Shown here: piece after piece, positions 27,372-42,500 of the stretch
How the letters are laid out: every line of letters begins with the position of its first letter
How positions within the stretch are numbered: position 1 is the first letter of the stretch
From: Aplysia californica
Lineage: Eukaryota
DNA: 64,000 bases
Reading direction: 5' to 3'
Assembly: GCF_000002075.1 (NCBI RefSeq)
Contig: NW_004797412.1
Coordinates: 37,493-101,492, forward strand
Translations under genes and position numbers: made by a program
Notes under the pieces: generated by a model
What the model was told of the DNA's origin: nothing
What the model saw: the letters and a program-made list of their open reading frames with translations, nothing else
Database searches by the model: none

Positions 27372-27578
27372 TCACATCAGCTGCTGAGGAGCTCCCGGCC
27401 TGGCTCTTCTTGGAGCTGGCTGAGCCCTCAAGAACACGGCCATTAGAGAGCGTACTCTACGCTGAGCAGACTGGGCAGCATAGAAATTACCAATTATTGT
27501 GACAGGAACTTCATCCACATCAGGGTCCTCACCTGGAAGTTGGACTATGGCTCCACTAACTCGCTGCATTTCTTTCAC
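27372..27578 (-). CDS. IGF2BP: IGF2BP exon 16, coding part (VKEMQRVSGAIVQLP...IIGNFYAAQSAQRRVR...stop)
   Basis: acceptor ggcag|GTG, IIGNFYAAQSAQRR matches the KH4 end, TGA at 27374-27372. Confidence 0.93.
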   Translation of the reverse strand: MKEMQRVSGAIVQLPGEDPDVDEVPVTIIGNFYAAQSAQRRVRSLMAVFLRAQPAPRRARPGAPQQLM

Positions 27579-30500
27579 CTGCCAAATAAAGAAAAAGACA
27601 TTTCAGTTTAGAAATTCTTCAGTCGTTTTTAAATTCCTGTTAATAGGCCTACTTTATTATCTTGGGGAAAAAAAAGCTAAATTAACCAACTGGCTGGATT
27701 ATTCATGTCTCTGTACCGATACTGACTTCATTCCCACTTTTTTCATTAGTGTCAGGTCAATTCAATTTCACTACATGATCTTTTCTCTTTTAATAATAGA
27801 AGTGAAGCAAAGAAGTAAACAAATTATAAAAATAATACCCCTTGAATGTAGGAAAATATTCCTCAGATAATTCGTAAATTTAATAGAATCAATGAGTTTA
27901 CGATCTTTCACACTTTTAATTAAGAAATAACATAAGTGAAAGTTGTCCATACTGAACTGGCAAAATATACTAGACTGTTTTTACATAACCATTACCCATG
28001 AAAACCTGTAAGTCCTTTTTTTTTGGTAAGTGTTTTATGGTGCTCGCAACTGCATAAGGTCATATGAGCACGCAGGTCACATTAAACATTTTCAATAGGT
28101 AGGAAATTTTGAATTTTGCCCTGGTGGCAGCTGAAGCCTACTCTTATCGATTTTATACCACCAAGGGTTCTTTAACGTGCACAACTTGCACACAGCACCC
28201 CCAAAATTTTTCTCCCTAGTCCGAGAAGGCAAGGTGTAGATCTTTTCTACCAGAAGATCAGGGGTGTGGCTGAAAGACAGAAGTAAGAAGGGGTCAAAGA
28301 GTAGCAGTAGAAAGACTGCAGAAAGAGTCGGGAGCCCAGAGGAGGGGGTAAAGGAGGAGAGGGCAGAAATTGGAGACGAAAGCAGACGACAGAACATTGC
28401 TAGAGAGCAGGAAAGGAGACAATTTTAGAGAAGAAAATTTTTTGGTCGCTACCCGGATTTGAACCCGGGACCTTTGAATGAGAGGTGAACACCTTAACCT
28501 TTAGGCCACTAGAGCAACCCCACCCCCCTCCCCCTGTAAGTCCACCTCTCCTCCAACTGAGATAGCCAATGAAATGATGCAGTTAGTTAATATGACTGAT
28601 CAGTGGTGCAGACTTTTTTGGGTTAAACTATATTGGAGAAACACATAAAACACTCGAAGGTAAATAAGCTAATGATACAAAGATACAGTAAATAAAAGTA
28701 AATTCTAAATAATAGTTTCTCAGAAAAAAGAAGGTGACCAGAGCAATATAAAGCTTGTGTTTAATGACAAAACATCAAAACCAGGAATGGTGGAGGAGAG
28801 ACAAGTCTGTAGCAAACATAACAAAACACATAAGCTTTGAGTGGCAATATTATGCAGTCTCCAGTTTTCATCATTTATTCACCTAGCCACTTGGACACAA
28901 ATTTTAGATAGCAAGTTATCTCTCCCCCCTCTCAACAGGATGCCAGTTGGCAATTGAGCAACATATTAACAAAAACTGTTGGAATGATCTTTTAAACATG
29001 CGCACTTCTACAAGTTATAACTTTCCTCCCAATTGGTTTGTCTGGCCTATGAGCGCACAAATCAGTTTTTTAAAGAAAATTGAAGTGAAAATATTTTGAA
29101 AAATGTTGAGCAGACCAAGCATGAGTGCTGCTTTACAGTGCCGCCATAATGAAGATTTGGGTGATGAATGTGCTAATATAAACTCTAATACTGAATCCTA
29201 TTCTAATTTACATGTGTGATCATCACACTCAAATTTCCCAAAGTCCCAAGGATTTCATAATGATCAGAGTGCTCTTGGCCGGTAGGTATTATACTGATGT
29301 TTCCCCATCTACTTTCTGGTATGTCTGGAGTGAGCTCTGCACACTGTGTGGGGAAAAGTGTATAAGAGAAACATTTTCTGCCATTGCCATATTCCAAAAC
29401 AGCAAAATCTATATCAACATAGATCACATTCACTGATGAGAATAACAATCCTACAACTGGTCTAGAATAGCAGCAATGTAATACAGTTGCCATGATTATG
29501 ACTAGACCTAGTGGAAAATATTCAGCACAAAAGGGATAGTACAAAAACATTCTCAGGAGCTACATTGTTCTCCGTACTGTAATCAACAATTTAGAGGGTA
29601 GACACTTTATACAGTATAGAAGTTGACTAACCAGATAGTTGAAAAGTTTGTCTTCAACTACTTACATTTTGTCCACCTTTTCCTATTATGCGCCCAATGC
29701 TTTGTTTAGGAACCACAATTTCTGTTCTTATATGCACTTCGTCATGAGCAGCAAGTCTGAGTTCGTTCTTAACCTTTTCAAAGATGTAGAACTGCGCCTG
29801 AAAAATTTGAAGCAAGATATAACAATTTTTCACAAAAAGTCTACACAATTAGCTTTAGACAAAGAAACTATAGCAATATCATGATGGGTCATATTTACTA
29901 CTGTGAACTGTGGTTTAACTCATTCCATTCCAACTAACTATACATGGAAGAATTGCTGGACCATACTGTGACAACTGTATACACAATGTCACCAAAAAAA
30001 CAAAAAAACAAAAAAGTTCAGCTAATTTTTCAAAATTGCTGGTGTTCAACTTGTCCTACCTGTCACTTTTTAAGATGTGATTTCGTATTTTGGCCCCCTC
30101 CGACGATTGAAATATATATAACGTGCCTAACATATATAAGGTGGATAACAAAAACATTTTATCCTCCACCACCGCCCAAATACCACTGAATTTCAAAACA
30201 TTGACACAAAACCTTGAAAATCTCTTTGGCACAAACTGACTTAAATGGCAAAGTGAAGAAAACAGAACAACTGGAAAAGGCACTTTTCATTGTAACTTGC
30301 AAAGCCAGAGACCTCTTTATAAGAATTTTAAAAATATTGAAATTAATAACCAAAGAGACATGGAGTAAAATGCATGAAGACTAATTTTGATAAGATATCA
30401 CAAAGCAGTCACAGATGAGAGCATGAAAATGTAAACAGGAGGGAACGGGCATCATTAAAGGTTTAATTTTTTTTAATGTCCCATATGGCATGCCAAGTTA

Positions 30501-33500
30501 CATCTGCTATCTCTTTTTCAAGTCATGAAAAAGAAAATGGTTTGCTCTCTTCTTGCTATTTGATTACCAATGATTCTTGACCTACAAGAAGCATAGAGTC
30601 AAGTTTTTAAAAATTGTGCCTCATAGGCACAAGAAAGTGAAGGAGTTGAATATTCCTACAAAATGTTTTTTCCATTTAAGTCCCCTGTGCTGTAAAAAGT
30701 GGTAATGTCTTGGTAGAAACTTTTTAAAAATTATAAAATTAAAAAGTACTGATAGAAAAGAGCCATTAATGACCTTAGCATTAGGGTTATGCTCCACTAC
30801 AGTCGTAGCTGCTGAATTGATTCTGACTACCATTTATAATGGAATTTAAAAACACAAATAGCATTTGGGACCAGAAAACAAAAAGAATTACCAAAAAATC
30901 TGTTGAATCATTTTGTTCTTAAGTAACAAATATTTTTGCAGATGAGATAACCTGAGTGAAAAAAAAAAAAAAATCTACAAATGTTTCAGATATATATCAG
31001 TTTACCTTCCATTGGGCCTCTGGTGAACCAGATATGACAGTTTTTCGCTCATCTCCTGAATTGCTGAAAGGATTGTTTTCTCCGCTTCCATTTTTGTCAT
31101 TGGCGCCCAGAATCTGCAATACATTTCAATGAAAGCTGCAAACTAATACAAAAGGATAAACATTTTTTTTACCAACAACAATGATGGTTAACATTCATTA
31201 CATCACTTGTATGTATGTAAGACAAGACTCAAGATATTGCTAGCACAATTGCCCCGAGTAGGTTGAGTGGAAATGTGCTATATAAAAGTAGGTAGCGTAA
31301 ACACGGCCTCGTGGGCACTCGCGGCCTTCCGACCGCGTGGTATCGGTAAAATCGGGTTAATTCCGATCGCTGTTTCTTTGCTCTTTTGCTATAAAACACC
31401 AAATGCCGTACACCTTGTAAAAGTTCAGCTTTTCCTCGTTACAATGGTGTAAGTTGTTTATATGTCCGATTATTAGGGGCTGGAGAATCGCAGACGAAAG
31501 CGAAGCCCCTCGCTGTTGGAATGCGAGGTCGGCCGGTTGAAAAATTTACACTCGTGCATTCAAATGCTTCGCGGAACGAGGGATGATTAAATACCGTCTT
31601 TTCATTGGCGGAGAACTGTAGAGCTTTAAACGGGCTTTCGCGTGATATAAGTTTAGCCTTTGCCGTCTTTATAGAAAGCTTTTAAAAATACCGTCAAAAT
31701 GTTTAAAGATCACTTTTTACACAAAATATGTAAAATACCGGCTTATAAAAGGTATTAATTAAAAGATCAGTTAATTTCCTATTAGAATAAAGTAATTAAC
31801 TTGGAATTATTTTACATCAATCCTTCCGTGAGACTCAGAAAGCATGTGATCCTGCACGCGGGGTACACTACAGTATAGAGCCGACTCGCTCGTCGCGGGG
31901 GCCGGTGCGGCGCCGGCCGGGCCAACGCTCCGTGTTTTTGTCGAAATAACGACAGATCATCGTGTTTGAAGTGATAAAATACTAATTTGTAAAGATCTCA
32001 GTTTTGAAAAAAATTAGGCTCCATATATTTGTTATAGTGATTGTACTCTGTTAATGTGGAGATGTTTAGTGCACTTGGTACTTTTTTATTGTCTGTCAAA
32101 CTTGGGGTTGCAGCCAGTGACTGACTTAAACAAATTTGATCAAATTTTAAACAACTACCATTTTCTAAAAAATTGACTGAATGGTACCAAAATGCTCAGG
32201 GGATATAGGCCTTTCAAATGGAACAGATAAATTTGGCATACAGCTAGTTTGAAAATTTAGTTTCTGGTACCTAATAAAAGCAATTTATTATTATCATCAT
32301 TATTATGACAATATAAACGTTGAACTTATTTTTGAAAATAACCATTGCCCCCACATACTGGGAAGGAAACCATTCCATTCCTTTCAGAAGTACTGTCACC
32401 AAGGAAACTAACAAACCGACTGGGGCCTTTAACTGAAGTAAAATTATATTCACCTAGAAAAAAGTTTTCATTTGACCTTTCCACGAGTACTCTCATTCTA
32501 TTCACTCACCAGATATTACAACAAAAGAATTTACACAGCTTTAACAAACTTATGCAAACTTGATTCACAATTAAGTTTTTATCCCCAGGAATCACGATAC
32601 AAAAAAGAAATATATGTACGTTTATAACAAAAGTGTCAAATGTCCCCATGCCTAATGAATTAGGAGATGAAAAGGCCAAAAATATTCAACGGAAAACAAT
32701 CATAATTTCTTAATCACATCTGGACTTTACAAATGGAAGTGTATTAATTCATTAGTAATTTATTTTAAGAGTATGGTACTTTAACCTGTGTATGAACTCA
32801 AGGCAGAATAATGTTCCCATGCCATGGAGTATTCTGGATTATTCACAATCCTTAACACCAGTGGAAGCCAAATCAGGCTGCATACTAAAATCTACCTCTC
32901 TATCTCCCCAAATTGAAATGCACTGCTCATGAATACTCTATACACAACAAGGCAATGAATACCAAACATCTAAGAATTGTAACTTTCAGCTAATACATTA
33001 AACCACAAACCTATACAACGGTACACTGTGTATTCACATGTAAAGACAAAGCAAGAATGCGTAAAAAATTATAATGGAAATCATGAAAAGATGTATCAAG
33101 ATACAGACATGGAAAGTGAAAACCTTTTTTTTTCTGAAAAAATAAAAAATATTTTTGTAATATCTAACATTTGTGAGCGTGCCTGGTGAAAGGACCCAAA
33201 AGACGCATTTGTTAGAACCGAGATATCAGGCTTCAAAGGTCAAAAATAGAATTTTTGACAAAAACTAAGTTACATTAAAAGTGGATTCTTTAGCCATTTA
33301 TATATTGATATTTACAAGGACTTAAGCTTCTGTTACATTGAAACACATTTTAAAAGACATTTTTAACACGAGGTATATTGCAGAATCCCCCAAAAATGCA
33401 TAAGAAAATTGTTTTTCTGAGTAAACACTCTTGTCCATTCATAAAGTCGACCCAGTCAATGCACACCAAAATTTAGGTCATTCTCTCCCCTCTTAAATGG

Positions 33501-36500
33501 TGGGTAGTGTGCATGAATATCTAGAACATGTAACCAAAAGCGAAGCTTTGCACGTCCACATTGTCGTTTTTTAAAATTTCTGCAGAATATTCTTTTTGAA
33601 TTTTTAAGATATCTTTAGTTTTTGAGATATGGGTGATTCAAAAAGAATATTCTGCAGAAATGATGTCTGAACATGAAACTGCACATAAAAAAACCCGGGA
33701 TTCTTCAAAATGCGTCATTGGTACCTTTCACTAGGCACACACACATTTAAGCTGTAAAACTAGATAAAAGCAAAAATGTAGAGGTAAACACCCCCAGAGA
33801 GTTCATCATTAAACATCCTCACAAAATGCTCCTATTCCAAGATCCTACAACATTCCCAATATTTCAGACATTTTTTTATAGTATCACACATAATAGAAGG
33901 GCATGGGAAAAAAATCACCTTGATGCGGGCACCAGAGAGGCGCATGATGTTTTTTATGTTTTGACCCTTGCTTCCGATTACAGCTCCAACAGACTTTTCA
34001 GGGATATACAACTGAACAACTTCTGGTTGTTGTACAGCTTGGGACGGCCCTCCTAAAGTTGCTGGATAGTATGCTGAGCCCTGAAACAGAAATACTCTAA
34101 AATAAACCAAAAGGCTCTTCTACAGTAGAAATTTAATTCAGCCCAAAAGCATCAGCAGGTTTTCAGACCCTAGTACCATTATTTCAAAGGATTCAAGATG
34201 TTTTGTAGGTCTATAATCCTCATCTCAGCTCTCATTCCTTTTAAACACTAATTTGGTTTTGCTCTTCTTTAATGTAAGTCCAACATCTTATAGGCAACCA
34301 CGAAGGGCACAAAGCCAAAAATTACACATTTTCACGACCTGGTGAAGTACCAGGTACGTCCTAAGACAGATCAAAATACACAAAATATTCAGATATATCA
34401 ATCTCGCATTGTATTAGACATTTACCTAACAAAATATGTTCTGCTATGAGCAGGGTGATTTAGTGCTGGGGGAAAATATGACAGAAACAAAAGAGGGAAG
34501 GAAAGTAAACAAATAGCACCTACAAGTGGAGCCCTCAATACACCTGTAAGCACTCTCAGAATGAAACAGAAATTCAGCATAAAAAAAAAAAGTTTGACAG
34601 TACATTATACTGTGATTAGGAAAATATGTGATGTATACGTATTCAAAGGCTTTAAGTATGAGAGGTTATATGTAGGCCTACAATACTGATAATGTTCAGA
34701 ATGCTCATTAGACTGTAACCAAAGAAGTGCTGCAGCTTCTGAATTTTAAAAATAGGGATACAAAAAAAGGGCGCCTGCAAAAAAGGGCTTTTATGTAAAT
34801 AACAAAAGGGGGGAAAAGTACTGTTAATATGCACGGCACTAGTGGAATTAAACCAAAAAAATCTAGGGTTCCCAAAAATCTATTCAGCACAATAAACCAG
34901 TACTAGTATCCTACCATGTATGGCATTGGTGGCCTCATGCTTTGAAATGGACTCATGCTGGGCATCAAAGGGAGACCAGGCATCCCAGAAAACATGAGAT
35001 GCTGTTGGGGGCCAAACTGCAAAAAAGGAGGCAACTCTGTGAAACAGTCAACCCCAAAAGACTAATAATGGAATGATTATCAAGCATTTTTTACATTCTA
35101 ACATCCCAACCCCCCCCCCAAATTTATCTTGCATCACCACGGAATATTGTGCTTTAATTTCAAAGCACAGGAGGTGATGCCTGTCCATAATACATTACAC
35201 ATGAAAGGTAACAAAACAACAACAGTAATAGAGAAGTAACTAAATGTTTCCTATTAAAAGCGATACAGCAAATAAAGGCTCTTTGGAAGGCATAATGATG
35301 TTTGCCACCATCATAGACATACGACTTAGGTGCCAAAGATAAATTACGTATGAATTAACATGAGAGGCACATTAATGGTTTCAAAAGCCTGAAATACCTG
35401 CTCATGTGAATTCTTGACGTTAAAGAGAAAACAGCAATAAACTCTTTCACCGTTCTTTTATTCAATTTATCTTCAGGCATCTGGACATAATTTCAAGCTC
35501 ATACTTTATTTACCACTAAAATATCATCACTAGTTTAAGTGTGCAATGCAATTGAAAAAACATTCTTAACACCATGGTGTTACAAAAACAAAGTGGAATC
35601 ACCATAAACATAATTATACCTTTTTAACTTCCCCAGAGCATAATGATTAAAATAAAAGCTGGACTTAAATTTTCTTGAGCAGTATCACTTTCTGTAACTA
35701 TGCAGAGGGAAAAACACAGCATTCCCATATTATGCCAGCACTACCAAATCACACATTATACTTACTTGGAAGGATCCAACATCTTGTTCAAAGCACTGAC
35801 GCATCTTTTCTGAAATTTTTCCTTCTGCTTTGGAACAATTCTCAGTAGACCCTGATATTGTGATAACTCTGTCCATGTAATTGTTACCAGTATCCATGAG
35901 ACCACCAGGATATGGGTCAAAGCTGAAAACGAAGGAGGACATATTCAAAAACATTTTTATCAAACTAAATTTTACCATTAACACATTTTGTACTTACCCA
36001 TGCTCACAATTAGTCCCTGTGCCCGCACACTGGGGAACCCCCCCTCCCATTTTGTGATACCTAAAAAAAAAACCCATCTTACATTTAATCACAGTAGCTT
36101 CCCTCGCACAAATAACATGTGATAAAACAGCGTAAACACTGCACATAAGCCATCTCCCAGCCTCCTCGTGCATTTATATGAAATCCAGGTCAATTCAGAA
36201 AAACATCAAATGCTGATGAAAAAAGTTTTTCCTTGTTACAAAGGTGCGTGTTGTTCATACGTTTGTGTATTAAAAGCTAAGAATCGCCATGGAGAACAAA
36301 GTCCCTTGTAGTAGAATACACGGGTAGCCCAGCGCGTAAAAAAATTGACACCCAAACATGCATGGTTTATTTGAATGCTTCGCATAAAGATTGATGATTA
36401 AATAGTCTTTTCATTGGCAGAGAACTAAAGAGGTTTGAATGTAACCAGGAGTATATTTTAGTCTTTAGGGTTTACATAGAAAGCCTTTAAAAATAATGTC

Positions 36501-39500
36501 AAAGTTTTCAGTTATTTTTACACTAAGTAAAAAACATTGGCTCCAATAAGGCACCAAAAGAAAGGGCTGTTCATTTTTGTATTGGAATAAAGTCTTAAAG
36601 CTGAGAATATTTCGCATTGATCCTTCTGTAAAACTATCAACACTGGTAACACCCAGAACACTACAACCTAGAGTTGAACTGCTAGATGCAGGTGCCAGAG
36701 TGATGCCAGCCAGGAGAGAGATCTCAATTTTTGTGCAAGTTACAACAAATTTGCATTTTTGAGGTAATAAAATCCTGATTTGCAAACATCTATATCTTGA
36801 AAAAAATTAGGCCCTATCTATGTTGGTCACTAGTGAATGTACATTACAGTGTGTTCCAACTTTTAACAAATTCGAAGTGGTGATTCCTCACAGCCAGACC
36901 TTGTGGTTTTGTACTAAAACATGTTTCAAAGAATTATTTTAAAAAAATCAAAATAAATATCTCACCTTGAAACAACAATGTTTGTGCTGGTATCCTCCAT
37001 GAAAACTTTGATAACATTGCCCTGTTTTCCAATAATCCGGCCACAAATGCTGTTAGGACATAGCATCTTCAATGGCACATTGCTGAAAAATAAGGAAAAT
37101 AAATTTAAAAAATAAATGTACATTTACTATATAAAAGACACTGTAATATGTTAAAACAAAATACAAGGCAAGGAAGTGGCAGTTAGCATTCAAATGACAA
37201 GTAATTCTCCAGACCTTGATGAAAACAAAGCCAGGCTTTCTATTTCAAAGTTCCCATTTCAGGTAAATTCAGTTATTTTCAGGTATTTTGGCAAAAAAAT
37301 CAGTACAAACACAAAGAAGGAAGAAAGGGGGAGGGGGGAAGAGACGGATATTTCCCCGCTACAAAAGTTTTCATCGGGCGGGGTTTGCTTTTTGTGTTTT
37401 TATATAATTAATATAAAAACACAAAAAGCAAAATCACATCTTTAAAAAGTTTGTGTGTGTGTATATATGTGGGTGGGTGTTGTGTTGATTGATTGAACAA
37501 GTAGACGTTTTATGGGACTATCGACTCAGTGTGTGAGTGTGTGTGTGTGTGTATTTTGTTGAGTGTTTATAAGTGATGGTGAACAACGTTGATGAGATAA
37601 GAAGTTATCTTTTTACCATTTTTAGCTTCTGGAAAAAGGAGGTATTCCTGTAAAAACCTTGCACACTAAAAAATTCACAGAAAAATTTTTTTTCTGTAAT
37701 TATCGGGGAAAAAAACTGAACTGTATTAGAAAAAGAATACTGCTTCCAACGAGCCAGTTTTCATTGTGGCACAGTAGGAGTAAGTTCATTATTTCTCCCC
37801 TTATTGTTGGGGACTGTCTAAAATATGAACTACTAATCAGATATATATAAATAAAACTACCTACCCTCTTTTCAGAGATTCAGCCTCTTCTTGGACAACT
37901 CTCATTATTTCTTGGCAAGCCTTGCTGCAGCTCTCGGGTGATCCTTTGATGGTAACCATCTGAAATTATGTAAAAATGGTTATGTTGGTTTACATTCAAT
38001 GCTGAGCCCTTCAGTTCAATAAATTCAAAATACAGTGAAACCCGAGTAAGATGGCCACGCATTGTTGAGGCCGTATATGACAGAGGTTTACACACTGGGC
38101 GGGCCTAAACACATAAGACTATGACAAATCACACGCTTCCCTCACCAGCAGCTGCAAATGTATTGTTACCTATGGGTAAACATTGGGAGCGACCTAAGCA
38201 ACATGATCATTGAAGGGACTAACGATAATGACTGGTGAATCGATAATGACGGCTCGTCCACAGTGTCAGGGGCCAATATATAATTTATGAAAGTGTCTGG
38301 TGATGAGAGATTTGCCTGACCATCTCAAGACAGGTCGTCTTTTTTTGTTTGAAAGTTGATAAAATGTGGTGGCCACAGGCCTGTTGGACAAGTGACCATT
38401 TTACAGTGAATTTATAATATATAGAAAAATAGAGCAAGGGGGAAAACAAAGTGGCCATCTGTACAGGTGGTCATAATGACAGGTTCAACTATATTTGGAC
38501 ATCCACAGGAAAATTTGTTTCATAACTCTTCTGCTGTTAAAAATATCCCTCTAAAAAAAGACCCCCTCCCCTCTCCCTGAAAACAATGTCAGCTAACAGC
38601 AATAAAAAGACCATCTTGAAGATTCCAAGAGCTGCTGGATTAACAAATTAAAACAGCATCAAATAATTCAAATAGCACTCCACTCATCTTCTCGATAAAC
38701 ATGTTTCCAAAAGTTAAAAACAATGGGAAAAAAAAATACAAAGGAATCCTTCCTCACAGACATGTTTCCATTCCAATATACCTTACATTGTATTTAGTAG
38801 TGGTTAGAAATATGCACTTGCAGGATAATGTCTTTCAATTCTATGGTTTTTAATAATTTATTAGAGAATTTTAAATTTTAGTTTTAGTAGAGGTTTTACG
38901 GCGCTTGCAACTGCATAAGGTCATATGAGCGCCATGGGGTGGATGTAAACAGAGAAGTCCTTGCAGGAAATCAGACTTACTCTGCTCACCTCTCTAGTTT
39001 CACCAGCACAAAGTCTGTTTTGACTATCGAGGCACCCTGGAAATAGCGGTCACAAGAGTGTGACAAACATATAAAAGTAGAGTATTTTGATTGATTGAGT
39101 AGGTGTTTTACGGCAGTATCGCCTCAATTTTGGTCAGAAGTAGAAGAAAAAATGAAGATAGTAAGGATTAGGAAAGAAAAAGCAGCAGTTTCGTGTTGCA
39201 GTTCAAGCACAGTTATGAGCATGACATTGAAGAATCAGCCCATTTGCAATTAGAATTCTACTGTGCATAAGAACAAGTTAATGTCCCCCCTCTGGGAAAG
39301 GCCTAAAGACACTTCAGTCAGTAGCACTGCCTCGAGGGTGATTCATTAGAGAATAAAAATGAGGCCACACACAGAAAGCAGCAGTCTGTTGTTAATTATG
39401 GAGTTCTATTTCAGTCATGTTCTTTTAGTATCTGAGGTAGCCTACATCTGTCCAAACTGATGACAGCAGTTTTGAAATATGTGGTGCTTGGACAAAATGC

Positions 39501-42500
39501 AAGGAAACCATAACTTCTGAAGATGAGAACAGAGCAAGCAGTGAAAACTTCTTTATATGCTTACTCAAGCGTACTAAAAAAATATTTTAAAAAAGACAGA
39601 AAAAGAGTAAAAAAGGAAAGCAAGGCAAGGCAAAGCAAAGATCAAGCACAATTCATCCGAGCGAAGTTGTTTTCACACACAAAAAAGCAGTGCAATAAAA
39701 ATAATTTTCCTTTATCAGCCATGTGTACATCTAAGATCCAAGTTTCAAAAGCATACAATCATGCAGAGCTGGCAACCTCAACTCATGAAAAAGTGTAAGA
39801 TTAATAAAAAAAAGTGTACAATCATGAAACGGAAGGAAACTTTATTAGTGAGAGATACATTCAACTTTTTTGCGGCTGATGCGAATGACTGAACATTGGA
39901 CAACGGGACGGACAGTAGGCCTTGACAAAGAACTAGGCTGGCTGGATCAGTGGCGCTAGCTATCTTAAATTTTGAGATACAAACAGTATTAATCGCGAAA
40001 GTAATCAAGCCACACACGATTTCCGCCTCAGTCCTCAGTGCACTCTGTAATAGTATCCGCTTTGGGTATTAACCAATGACTTCGATACCAGAGCTTTCTA
40101 CAACTGGCTGACGACGAGTACCAGCGTGGCTCCGTACACTGAGAAAGTGCGAACCAGAATCGGTGAAAAGACGTATAAGCACACAATAGCTGAAATAGGT
40201 GTACAATGGCTGAAATAAGCGTAAGACTACGCTTTTTGGGCATAAGATTGGCAGCTCTGAATCATGTACGACATCATTAATAACGAAAATCTTCAAAATG
40301 GTCATTGTGCACTTACAGTATCTGGAATATGGCTTTCTCTCCGATGAATGTCAACCCTGTGGTGAAAACCATACACAACCTCACATACCAAAATAAAATG
40401 TGAACCATCAATACAAACAGTACCTTGATCAAAATGCATTTCAAAACCAATCCATTAAAAAAACCAATATAGAGCTTAGAGAAAGGGGATCAAACTAAAT
40501 CAATCAGGGGGTCAAACTAAAATTACACATACCATTAGCATTACAGGCTCATTGAGCAGTGAAAAAAATCAACTTTTAAATACTAATACGAATTAAAACT
40601 GACAAAAGTTAAAATAAAATAACTAATCAAAGCATTCCAATTTTTGCTCTTATGCAGATTTGTCAGATGTCTGGCATCTTTTCGGGGTAAGAAATTTGTT
40701 TGTTTGGGGTAAGGTTTTGTGTTCTGGAAATTTTCAGGATGGACTACCTAAAATTCTCTTGTGCAAGATATAATTGTTCATTAGGGAGTATTCGGCCCCC
40801 AGGCCTGAATTCGACACTTGTAGCTTAGAGACATCTGACAAACTTAAGTTGGTCTTCTATACAATTAAAAAAATATTTGTGAATTAATTATTTTAAGGCA
40901 AACATGTTACTATTTAGTTTATTTCCATCTAAAACCCACAAAGCAAAAAAAAGTATCCCATTAAAGAGTCCTGTGGGGGTGGTATCTGAAAATTGAAAAA
41001 TGAGAGTATTCTTCACTTTGCTTTGAAGAAAGAGTGCAATAATAAATAGGCACAAAGTCTCCACTGCTACAGTTGCTGAAAACCCATCCCCCTTCTCAAC
41101 ATGAATTTTAACCTGTAAAAGCTATTGTTAACATTTATAAGTGTCTGTAGAGATAGTAACATTATTAGAAGTCTCCTTTGTAAGCAGTTTGAAGAATCAA
41201 GAGAAAAAACAAAGAAGAGACCCATAAAACAATTCTCCTCTTTCCATCTTTTGGGCTTAATTATTGCTTTCTCTTTCAATCATACAATCAACATCACAAC
41301 CCCTCATCACTGACTTTAGAAAGTCCCCAACCAGCTATAAGGCAGGAATCAGGAAAGTAACAGCAAAAAAGAAACCTGTCAGAAGTACCAAGTCATAAAC
41401 AATAAACATACCTGGCCCGGCTTTCAGAAGTAATTTTCCTGATAGTTAGTCCTTGTTTACCAATTATAGCACCAACATAATCACTAGAAATAATAATTCT
41501 GGGGAAAAGAAATAAACACCTTACCTTGATGAAACGAACAAAAGAACAGCTATAATTATAATCACAGGCTACTTTTAAAAAATAATATAAACGGCAAGAG
41601 CATACCCATCCGCAGGGCAAAATAGAATGTAATTTTTATCTCTCTAGAATGCTGTATGTTAAGCTTTGGGAAAACCCGATGAGCCATGTGAACTTGAACA
41701 TAGTAAAAGTGTAAGTAGTTCTTGATTGAATACAGAAAGATAATGCCATTTTCAATGGAAATAATGTCAACAACTGAATCTTTTGCTCTGTTGTCTCTAT
41801 TTGCAAGGAAAATCATTGGTGACAAATTTTTTAGGACATGTTAAATGTCTACCTTGCTGAATGCCCATCTTAAGTATGAAATGTAAATATTGGACAAGAA
41901 AGTTCAAATCAGGCTGTCTTCATCACCCATCCCCATTTAAAAAAGAAGGCAAATGTGCAACCTTCAAGTGAAAAGTTGATGTTCTGTTTTTGAGACATAG
42001 TGTCATCGAGGCTGACTACTTAAATGGTCATAATTACTGAAGACTTAATTGGTTTTGTTATGATGAAACTATATTTATAATCTACCCTAAACAATAAAAG
42101 ATGACAGAAGCTAGCAAAAGGAATCCTCCTGATGTACAACAGTTTTCCAGCACGCAGAGCTGTGAAGGCAAAGCAGTGTGTCTACGAGATCCTCTTGCAA
42201 CCACCCTATTCACCAGATATATTATATTGTATCCTCTGGCTTTTTCTTGTTCCTAATCCCAAATCTGAAAAGTTCTCAAAGAACAGTGTTTCCACGGTGA
42301 TGAAGATGCTACATCGCTATATCCACAGTGCAGGAATGGTTCGGTTTCGGTCATATTATGCTCAAAGACTTTTGAAGGTCAAACAAAGACTGCAAAAGTG
42401 TCAATTCGCAGGATGATTAAGTAGAGAAGTAGCATTGTGAGTACCAAATAACAGTATAGATTGCTTCTTTCATAGTCAGGGTAAAGACTTATTGAACACC

